Shown in pieces: positions 25,368-36,600 of a stretch of 64,000 bases of DNA. The position numbers and the translations under genes are program-made. The notes under the pieces are model-generated. The model ran no database searches. It worked only from the letters and a program-made list of their open reading frames with translations, and was not told where the DNA came from. Source of the stretch: Bugula neritina (Eukaryota > Animalia > Bryozoa); assembly GCA_964035545.1 (NCBI GenBank), contig OZ037766.1, positions 2,108,001 to 2,172,000 on the forward strand, written 5' to 3'. Each line of letters begins with the position of its first letter. Positions within the stretch are counted from its first letter, which is position 1.

Positions 25368-28300
25368 ATGTCAAGATCATCAGGTTCAGGCTCATCATTG
25401 CCACCATTAGTTGATGAAAGCAAAAAGTCTCATGTGCAACACAAAACAAAGAGTCCAGATTATGCTAATAAAGAGTTTTCTAACTTCACATGTGCTGCTA
25501 CTACTGGTGTGTTATCTCAACCAATGATTCCTGTACCTCCGCCACCTCCACCACCACCAGCTTCTTCTTCTTTGCCTTCTGCGTCATACGACCCGGAAAT
25601 TACCAACGCTTTACGGGCACAAGTTCGAAGACGTCAGAATGTTGATAAAAAGCAGTCAGAAGATATAGTTTCTTCTGGCTCCTGCAACGCCTCTCAGTCA
25701 TTTGATCCGTCCCTTACAAGGGTTCCAGTTCCTCCCCCTATGCTTATACGAGACGTGTTGTGTGCCCAAATCCAAGGAACAGTCATGAACGCCAAACAAC
25801 AACAAAGTCTTAGTGGTTTACACAAGAGATTTACTCCAAAGTATATGCGGAACTGGGTGTTGCAAGAAGACAACCTGACCAATTGTTTAGAAGATGTTGG
25901 CTATGCAGTGAGAACATTGAAGGCAGTGCAAGGGGCATATGCTAGCGGAGCTGAAGATTACAAGCCATATTTTAGGTATATTCACAGTTATTCATTCTTT
26001 TGTAAACTTTGATGTCTTTGTTGTAGACTATGTAAACTCACTCTCTCAGTTTTTTACTCACAGAAGTTTATAGTCGCTATCCCTGTGAGAAACGCTTGAT
26101 GGAAAGGGTTTTTGTTAGAATGGGCTAAGGACTTATTTAAATGAGGCACAGGAGCAATTATGACTGGATGCTCTTCCTAACATCACCAATGGCCTTTGTC
26201 GGGGTTCGAACCCATGACTTCGTGTTCACAAAGCAAACACTCTAACCCCTAGACCACGGCTGCTCCCTTGTTGTAGACTATATATTTTTTACAAATAACC
26301 AACTTTACCAGACAGTGTATGTATGCAATGTTTGACTAGTTTAGTTCTATTGAATGAGCATTCTTCTAGTATATGCCAGCTGATACAGTCAGCTGTTGAA
26401 TGTTGATATGTTAACTTGCTATGTTACCTTAAATTTTATATTTTCCAGGTTAATTTATGAGTCGGTAGTACCTGTACGTGATGACGTTTCACAAACTGCC
26501 AAAGAAAAGATTATGCAAGAGTTACTTGGCTGTGGTTGGGTGCAGGTGATTAACGTTTACTTAAAGTTGCTGATTGAAGATGTCATAAACCCGCCTACAA
26601 ACAAAGAAGGTGCAGCACTTCACTTGGGCGGGCCTTGTGATAATGTGGTTAGCGCAATAGACACCCTGCGTCACCCAATTCACTTGTTTTCTACAGATAT
26701 TGTGACACAAATCTTTGATCTGTTCTACAACATTGTCATTGAGAGCCTGCAAGCTCTGAGCGTTGTTGAACTAGCACCCGATTCTCGAAGAACTGCCCCT
26801 AATCGACTTATGAATGCTTTGATTAGTGTGCTGCTTGATTTTCTACAAATTGCCGAGATGCGCCGGTTGAAGTTTAAAAGTTCGGATACCCAAGATTTGG
26901 AGACTTTGCTTCAGAAGTATGTAGTGATTCTGTCAAAGACACCATTACAGTCTTTGTGTCTAACAGCTTTGAGTTTTCTCGCTTCGGTAGAAGATGAAAT
27001 TCAGTCCCGCTTTTCTGTTCGTTTTCTACAAACTACTAAACTTACTGATGACAACAAAGATCAGTTTATGAAAGATGCCTTATTTGTGGCTCAATATTTA
27101 GCAACTACCTCGTTAGAAAATCATATGAAGCACCCATGGAGATACCAATACGAGTTCGGGCAAGTATTACAATTGATTCATGAAAATGATTTTGTATTGA
27201 ACTGAACTGTTTTGAAACCCTTGATGCTGTCTTGTATTTAAATAATCAATTTTAGAACTTTTCATATAAATTATAAAGACTAATATATTGCAATAATAAA
27301 GAGTCTTGTAAATTTGGTGATTCAGTAAATAAAAATTGTTTTTTGTTTGCCGTATGATGTTTGCTTCTGGTATTCTAAAATTTTGTTTTGTTTATTATTT
27401 CAGTTTTGTAACTCGATTTGCAACTGGCAAGCCATCAAAAAATTGCTCGATTCAAACTCAGCTAAGTGTATACGAGGCTATGATAAAGGATGGGCTTTGG
27501 GACACATTTATCACAGACTTGTATAAGAAGGTGATGGACTATTTGGACGCTAATGGCGATGACAAGTTGCTCAACCCAACTATTAACACAACTCTAGTGA
27601 ATATCTACTACGGATTTCTGCTCACTACGAATGGTATTGACATTTTAAAGAACAGCTCAACTCTACAAACAGTTTTCAATCATTATCATTCCTTGGTCGT
27701 CAGTCAGCTGCAAGTGCCGAGAGTGATTCAAGTTTTTCACGATGAGGTTTTGATGGGAAGCGCCCTCTATGCTCTAGGCAGAAGTATGATGATGATGGTT
27801 CATAACTTTACGTATCGTCATGAACCGAGTATCCCTGTGCTGAGAGAGCTAGGTATGATTCGCATTGCCAGGGATATTCGAGCAAAAGCGGACATATCTA
27901 CTGTGAAGACAACCAGCTTGCTAATAATAGCCTATCTAATAGATGAAGGCGAAAACAAGGAAATGATGAAAATGGCTGACTCAGAACTGAAATATTTAAT
28001 AGCCGAGCTGGAGAAGTCATTGCTCTCGGCAACGGCGTCTATCTTCGGGCCACAAGAGTTGATAGAAGGACTTACAAGGATTGCCGTTGTGGATGAAAAT
28101 AAATCGAAGTTGATTGACCAAGGAATACTACCTCTTCTGGTAAAGTCTCTCAAGAACAGCAGGAAGTATGAGTCGAGTCATCAGGCTGCTGCCGCCAAGG
28201 CTCTGTGGACGTTGGCTTTTAATGATGGCAGTCGACAGCGAATAATTGAGGAGAAAGGCTGTATGAATGGTAAGCTGTATAAGATTGTTTATCACTGCAA

Positions 28301-31300
28301 CCATAGTTTTAGATTTGTACTGCGATGACTTCATGCGATGCAGTATGCTGTAGTCAGACATACTACTACCTAAAGCTTGCTAGTTTAAAATACTGGATTT
28401 TAGCAGATGATTATAACATGTTATATGAAATTTTTTCTGACTATGATGTGTAAATTCTTAGCATTGAACAACTTGAAAGACTCTGAAAACCCCAAGCTGA
28501 AGGAAGCCGTGGCCGGAGCTCTCTGGGAACTGGGAGGGAAGAGTAAGCGAGTGGAATCTAGCAACTTCTTTGGTGAAAGAGGTATTTTATTTATATATTG
28601 AGAATTCTTTAGTAAAGAAGGTATTAGATTTATGATTCATGAGTTTTTTTTTAAAGAAAAACAAGTTTGTTTGTAACCTATAGGTATTTCATAAACTCTA
28701 CTGCCTTTAGAAAAAACCATCTGCTCTTTGAAGAGCCGGAATATTCTAGAGATCATATCTAAACAAGTTGCCCAGTAAAATAAGGATTGTGTGTGCATTC
28801 TATTTTTAGCTGAGAAGCATATTATGTTGAGCTACAACCACGAGGCTCAGAATGAAGTCCTCAAAATGAATAATATGTTAAAAAACCTGGGCTACAAAGT
28901 TTGGGTGGATGTAGAAAAGATAACGGAAGGTAAGCCAGACTGCTGGCATTTCTATTTTTAGAATAATTTTATTTTTTTTAATTATATAAAAGAGTATGTT
29001 GTTGTGATGTTAGAACTAATACATGTTGTTGTTTTTTATGCCTGCATGGGGAGAGAAGTGCGAGATTTAACAAATTAAGTGATATTTGCTAGTACGTGTG
29101 CACTAATTAAAAAAATATTCCAATTGGCAGAGTTTGTGTGTTGTATGTAGAGTTGTCTTCTTTTGCAGAAAGTATTATTTCTAATACTTTGAAAATTTAC
29201 TATTATATATAGACATGCTTCAGTGTGTAGACTTAAATTTATATTACATCATTCACATGTCTGAACACTTGTGTTTAGATGGTGACTGTTTTCCTAGTGA
29301 TAAAAATTATCAATCATTACAATAGTTTTGCATACCTCACTACGGTATTTGCTTACAGTAACATATGCTTGTGTGATTATATGCATACAGGGACATGAAA
29401 TATATGCTTACTGTAGCATGTAAAAGTTACATTATTACTCATATCTGTATTTTAAATGGTTTATCTTGTTTATATGCTTGGAATGATTAAAATAGACAAT
29501 TTATTTGATTAATAATTTAATTTTAATTGATTGATTGATTGATTTATTACATATCACAAACATGACAACACGTTGCAAAATTCAGTGTAAATACTGGCTA
29601 TAATAAGTAGGAATGAACAAAAATAAGAGAAAAAATCAAAACTCTGTTGGATTATTTAAAATAAAAGCTCATTTAAAGTATTTACAAGATGTCGCAAGAA
29701 GCTATCTCTGCCCCATGCCCCTCTATATTTGATGGTTCGATATCTTCCAGAAGGGCATTGACTAAGAAGTTGTTGATGAAATGGTCATTGTCTGTTATAT
29801 ATTTGATGGCAAGTTCTTTAGTGAGTTTCTGAATGTGCAAATTAATGTTTAGATACTTAATTCCGAGTTTTGAGCAATCTTTGAGAATTCTTCGAATAGC
29901 CTTTTTATCACTGGCATAGATACAAGTAAAAATAGTAGGTAGACAATAGGCGATGCGGGACATGATTAATTTTTCTTGTGAAATTTCAGGAGGCTCCACC
30001 CTAGAGGCCATGGCTGATGCAATAGAAGGATCTTATTTGGTGTTAATCTTCTTTAGTGAGGCGTATAAGAAAAGCGCAAACTGCCACTCAGGTGAAGATC
30101 TGCAGCTTTTACTATCCTCAGTTATAGAGGTCATTGTGTGTGAGAGTTATAGAGATCATTGTGACTTACATTCTGCCTTATGTATAATATATTAGACATC
30201 GATGCTTTAGCTTATTTGTAGTATAATAGTAGTCATTATGTATAATTCACAGCGATGTCTATATGAAAGACTTATTATATCACTCTTCGTTATAATATAC
30301 AATAGATGTCGTTGGAAGTTGTATTCAATTGACTGCGAGTGACTTTTCCTTAGCTTGAGTTTTGGTCTGGGATTCAAGGTCAGAGTTTGACTGCCATATT
30401 ACATGAACTGACAACTTCCCATGCTGTAATATCTACTAGAACCAATGCTACTATATTATATATTATTCAGTCTCATGTCTCAGTGAAAATTGACATCTTT
30501 TGAATTGTTTTACTGTATCAGAAATAAGAGTAACTTTTAAATAAGAGTAACTGTTGAAACCGCATTTCTTTTATATTAGTAAGTTTGTAGTTTGCCCGAT
30601 TCACTGGTTGGTTTTATTTGTTTCATGTAAGTTTCACATAAAGTTTGTTACATTACCTCCTGCACATACTTTTTGTGTTTAAACATTGTAGTAACTCATT
30701 ATTTGCCTGAGAACCAAGCTATACATGTTTATTTGTGATGCTATTACAAAAAAGAATCTTTGTTTTTTGTAGAGGCGGACTACGTTTTTGAAAAGAGGAA
30801 GCAGTTTTTGCCGATACAAGCTCAGCCGGGCTACAAGCCAGATGGGTGGCTGGGGATGCTGATGGGAACGAGATACAGGTACACCTTAGTCCGTCCTGAC
30901 AGGTACGAGGCTGAGATGAGTAAACTGCTTCAACAAATTCAACAAATCACCAGCAGCGAGGTGGGGAGTGCTGCCACTGTAGAGAGTTCTACTGCCACCG
31001 CAACTAGTATAGTTACTCCTAGCATAGCTTCTGGTAAGTTTATTCTGTCTCTAACTACAATATAGACTATTATATATCAGAATATTTGAATTCCATTTGG
31101 CATGTAATATGCTTTGTACTCAAAAACAAATATTTCAAATTGTTTTTGTCCCAGAATGCTTCATTTGCATAATTATACAGTCATTTGAGCGCCAAGTTGT
31201 GAATTATTATTGGTTAGTTCAGTACTTGAAAATTTCATGCAACATGTATGTTATGTGTGTTTACTTTATAACAATAATTGTAAATGTAGTTTTCAATTTA

Positions 31301-32316
31301 TTACATTTTCACTGATTATCAAGCTACTTATACTTTAAAATATATTGTATTTTATATTAGGCAATGCAATTTTGTAATGCAATATTATATCATATTATAT
31401 TGTTTTCTGCATGATATCATATAGCATAGTATATTGTTATGCGCTTCTTTGTACCTACAGATGCACTGATTTATAAAGACAAAATATAGTAACTGTTTTA
31501 AAATGTGGGAAAGTGAGTTACATGACATAAAAATAATATACAAAAAATGTTAGCATCAATTAGAATTGTTTATTACAGGACAATACTTATCACTGGCTTT
31601 ATCTACATGTTTACATGTTGTTTTCACTACTTCAATCTCACTAAGCTTGTATGTTTCTATCCATGACTACAGAAGCTGCTCCAGTGTTCAAGCCACCTGT
31701 TGCAAGAGACTTTGAGTGTAAAACCTGGACCCATCAGAAAGTGGCGCAGTGGCTAGATGAAAATGATCTCACACATTTGAAAGAAGTGTAAGTTATCTTC
31801 TCTTGTAAAGAGCGGACAAATACCTCTAAGATGTTTATTGCTTTGACTATTTACTGCCTACCAATGTTGTGTGAAAGTCTAAACAAATTTTATATGGCAA
31901 AAGGAAAAGTCTTGCTTCTGAAACGCCTGCATAAATTTTTTATCAGAAGCATGCAGTGCAGTTGATCATATTAAAAACATTCATTTCTATTTATTTATTA
32001 TAAACTTTTATTTGTGGAAATGGAGAGTTTCACAGGTTATATATTATTCTCAAGGTTTAATGTTTTTTAAAAAATATTTCTAAGTTTTACAAAAAAAAGC
32101 TTCCATTCAAACAAAGCAAAAGCACTCTGCTCAACCCTTCAGGCGAGTGACTTTTCATATTCCAGGATGAAAGATTTTGACGGCCCCCTCCTTGTTGAAC
32201 TCGTAAAGATCTCCACTGATGTCTCCACGCTTTACGGACTTCTTGGCAAAGTTCCAGGTATCAGCTTAGCTGACACACTTAAACTGGGTCGAGAAATACA
32301 AAAGCTCTTCAAATAA
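25368..32316 (+). CDS. ARM-repeat - TIR - SAM protein, paralogue B (~1017 aa) with a poly-Pro N-terminus
   Basis: 9 exons with the same intron phases as gene A: 25368-25975, 26449-27159 (GC donor), 27404-28269, 28462-28581 (alternative donor at 28572 possible), 28810-28929, 29990-30091, 30773-31033, 31673-31787, 32166-32316. ARM: NKSKLIDQGILPLLV...AAAKALWTLAF. TIR: HIMLSYNH...GYKVWVDVE...AMADAIEGS..VLIFFSEAYKKSANCHSEADYV...YKPDGWLG. SAM: WTHQKVAQWLDENDL...DFDGPLL. Confidence 0.9.
26032..26267 (-). mobile_element. tRNA-derived SINE, copy 1 (intron 1 of TIR gene B)
   Basis: The minus strand begins gggagcagccgTGGTCTAGGGGttagag (A box) and contains GGTTCGAACCC (B box). It is flanked by a 14-bp target-site duplication ttgttgtagactat (26018-26031 and 26268-26281). 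A second copy lies at 49697. Confidence 0.88.
29527..29975 (-). mobile_element. 5'-truncated non-LTR retrotransposon (CR1/L2/Rex-like 3' end) in intron 5 of TIR gene B
   Basis: The minus frame IAYCLPTIF...DKKAIRRI...DNDHFINNF shifts into CPSGRYRTIKYR...RDSFLRHLVNTLN, which resembles the PSGRRY...NSF C-terminus of these ORF2 proteins. It is followed by AATAAA and an (ATCA)n tail at ~29527-29550. Confidence 0.7.
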
Positions 32317-33630
32317 TAGAACATGCAGGTTCTCTTTTGTAGAAATTTATTAACGTTGCCTGTTATAAATTATATATAATTAATGCATTTTTGATGCAAA
32401 TACTTTCATAATAATTATATACTATTCAGACTAATCATGCATTCAGCTTGGTATAAAGTTTTTCATGTTTTTTCAATGAATTTTATTAGAATTATATTTT
32501 TATATGTAGATTTACTATTTCATATGTACATTGTATATATGACAATTTTTTTCAAAGTAGCTGCGTATTTTTCATATATTTTTTGACAATATTTTTCAGC
32601 TACTATATAATTTTTATTGAAATAATTTTTTCTTCAACTACAATAATCTTGCGCTGTATTGCAATTTGAGCAAATTTGTTATTCTAACTGATAAATTGAT
32701 CACTCTAAATATTGACACAACAAATTATTTAAATAATTTAGAATTGTCAGATTTTAATAGATTAAGCAAACCTGTGTTGTAACATAATAAAACATGGCAG
32801 GTGGTACAACAATCAAACGCTTAATAAAAAATATGATATGAAATTATTGAACATTTAGTTTATTGTATAATTAATACTTTTACATAATAAAACTATATAA
32901 ATGTGTGCAAAAGAGTAACAAAATAATAATAATGAGCTTGCCCAGAGGCAAGAGAACCTATCTTAAAGTTACTGCAAAAGGTCAGATCCACAAAAATACA
33001 AATGAAAAAACATCAACAGTTTCATGAAGTCACAGAGTAGAAAATCAGTTGAGACAATTAAAATAACGCAATTGGCCACGAATTGATGGGTTGTGTATTA
33101 AACTTTAAAACATTTGAGGAGTAAAACATAAAGTCTAAGTATTCGCTTTGAAAAGGTTAATAAAATAAGTTCTACTAATATATAAATTGACTAGTGCCGG
33201 TGTGATAAAAAGCATCCATTAAAGCAATGATAAAGCTACTTATAATAAAATACAATTATTATGCTACAGATAAAAGAGCAAGCAAGTAACACTATGGAGG
33301 ACACAATTCCAAATTCAAGTTTTGTAAAAAGTACAGCAATTGGTTTATTTGCCTAAATACGACATAATAAAGTATAGAACAAGAAAGTTTGATAAACAAA
33401 ATCTAAGTTAGAAAGGCAAGTAATACAGGCTTCATATATCAGACCCGTTAAGTTGGCCATCTAAGTAGAGTACAACAGCGGCAGCAGTAAAAGTACAAAA
33501 ACAAAGCTTACAAACAACAACGGTTTTACTGCGGTTAGAGTTGTCCCTGTACTGAGAAAACTTAGATACTATACGCCAGAATTTCAGTGTGGTAGGAGCA
33601 GCTAGTGAAAGGTTTGACATCATCATTAGA

Positions 33631-36600
33631 TTACTCGTAACTCTCTCTAATAGCACAGCATAGCAGCATAGAGAATACCATGCCTATCAGCTGAAACAAC
33701 CAAACACATCATTGTCATGTGTCGAAAGATAAACTGGTAGATACATGTATATTGCTGATTCATTAAAATACTAACCAGGTATTTCCTAAATGTATACATG
33801 TACTGCTATTACAATAAACTAGTTAAAAAAGTTAACATTAGTGTATATTTTCTAGAAATTCAAGGTATGCAGCTGCATGTAGAGTTAAGAGAAGTTAAAA
33901 CATTTGGTTAAATGATGGCTAAAACCTTTCAACTAACAAAAATATAATATATTATACAACAGAGAACATAACTCCAATTATTCCCCAAAAGTGTGCCATA
34001 TTTCTTAATATCTGATTAGATAGTAACATAAAGATATGGACTGCAGCAAAGTAAGGCTGGGAATCCTACAGGGCCACCCGCACACACAGATCAATAGCTA
34101 GGGGAGGATTTCTGGCTATAGTTGAAAATAGTGATAACAAATAGTAGACACAATCTATGTTATGTATATACAATAACCAAGGACTGCAACTCCAGAACTG
34201 TAGGGAGCAATAAAATGGATTTAAATTCAATTTGCTCCTTGACATAGTACTAGATCCAACCCTGTTGAGAATATCAAATGACGGGTGGTATACCCCTTCC
34301 GACACTACGTGAAGACTGAGTGTAGGCAGCATATCACAGCATCACGTACCATGACGCAGCCTGTGCTGATGGACACGGCAGCCAGGATCACTCCGTAGTC
34401 GTTGATGAACTGCTCGGCCTCTGCTTTACACCCGGGAGTACCGTCTGCTGCCACAAAGGACTGTGTGGGATGTTGAGGACAAGACGCGGGTATGGCATCG
34501 TGCACCTGAAGAGAGAGAGAGTAGTAAACTGTATACTATGATATGTTACAGTTTCATAAAACTGTAAAACTGAAACAGGTGGTGAGAGTGAGATATTTTC
34601 TGCTTCTCCACCAAACTATGTTAACAAAATAAACTATCACATGTGTAGGTTATAGCCGAATGTAGGTCACATTATACCTGAATGTAGGTCACATTATACA
34701 TGGATGTGGGTCAAACTATACTTGGATGTAGGTCACATTATACCTGAATGTAGGTCACATTGTACCTGAATGTAGGTCACATTATACCTGGATGTAGGGC
34801 ACATTATACCTGGATGTAGGTCACATTATACCTGGATGTAGGACTTGTACTCTGTAAGATAATCTTCCAGTCCACAGCAGCCCAACGTCTGCTGAATCAG
34901 GTTGACGAGGTTACTGCTCTGAGGGTCGTATGTCTGAATTTCCTCCTCAAACTCTTCTATTACCAGTTCAATGAACTGCAATACAATACAATACAATGAA
35001 CTGCAATACAATACAATGCAATGAACTACAATACAATATAATGAACTACAATACAATAAACTACAATTTAATGAACTAGATAAAAAGATGCATTAAAATA
35101 TAATACAATACAATGAGTTGGGCAATGGGTGAGAACATATTAAAAATATATATAATTGTGAACAGACTGTCTGTCTGTGTGTCAGTAATAAGGTTTAAAA
35201 CACAAGTAGTCAAATCAAGTCAAACCATGGCTCAAAGTATATATAAATTATCAAAAAAACCAACATTTCGATCATTACTGAAAAATAAAACTTATTGCGA
35301 GCAAAACTTATGATTTCTAGAGTTTATAGCCATCACAGAGTTTGTATATAGTTAAATGCATCATGGTATGGCAACGGGGTGAGATTTTTGGGTAATTTTG
35401 TTCTGAAAAGACAATTCCAAGCAACTGATATTTATTCCAAAATACGCTGTAATTTACCCTCAATGTAAGAACTACCCCTTCTTATATTTAGTTCTCAGCA
35501 GAAGGTTAACATGTTTATATTATACTGTAAACATTTAGTATAGCACAGCCATGGTCTTTGGAATAACAGTTACAATCAACCAGCGCCTGGTTTGAATATG
35601 TTTATAACTCCATTCATCAGCTTTCGTACAAGAAGATTCTTATATTTTATTATAGGAATAAACAAATACAAGATGGCTCTTGTACCAAGAAAATGGCAGC
35701 ATGATTATGATAGCGTCAGCAGCAAACATCACAGACAGCCGAGAGCAAAGTTCAATATAAAGCAGTTCACAGTTACTATGTAGTGAAATAGTTGTGAAAT
35801 ATGAGGCAATACAGTATCTCGCATTGCAATCAATACTCATGGCTATACATTTCATCTCTTGAAATTATAGACTCGATTGTTAAATATTATATGCAGTGCG
35901 TAGAGACTCAAACAATAGTGGCAGCGAAATAGCATCATAGCTTTAAATATTTCCCCTCCTTATTATATATATCTCTAGGGATAGACTTGGGCATTGCGAA
36001 TGACACAAAGTTTATTAATATTTAAAACTACGTACAGCTGCACTTAATAAGTAACGTACACTTGCATGTGCTTACCTTTTATATACATTTATAGCATGTA
36101 CGCACACCAAACATACCACACTTCAGCACTTACAGCGTAACATGTTAATTTTACTTGCCACTAAGTCAAATATGTAACTTACACCTGCATGGACTTACCT
36201 CATCTTTCCTGATGAAGCAAAGAGTGCCAATAGCTATCAGTCCAGCAAAGAGTATGAACATACATACAAAGAACTGTAAATAGAAACATAATATACAATA
36301 TAATAATAGAATATAATATAACATGTATTCAATTTCTGATGGAATGCAGTTACATTCCGATTACAATTGGGGAATAGAAGTGCATGAAAGTAAAATATTC
36401 AACAATGATTGCACTCAACAATGATAGTGAAGATTGTGGGTGAATTTGACCAGGAGATATAATCAATTCCCCAGTAACTAGTAGAATGTAACTAGTAAAT
36501 GGTAGGCATGTGGAAACCAAAGGAAATAATTAACATTTCTACAGTCACTACACCTACATCTATCAATCACCACCTAACACAGGATGTCATGGGACTAGCT

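Noticed and set aside
26190-26267. Functional tRNA gene
   Set aside because: No complete acceptor stem evident; it is fused to a repeated body and flanked by target-site duplications, so it is a SINE head.
17681-32316. Calling the TIR genes SARM1 orthologues or Toll-like receptors
   Set aside because: The order is ARM-TIR-SAM with one SAM, the TIR lacks SARM1's WVHKE motif, and there is no LRR or TM segment.
34659-34842. CRISPR-like array
   Set aside because: Head-to-tail minisatellite without unique spacers, in a eukaryotic intron, with no cas genes.
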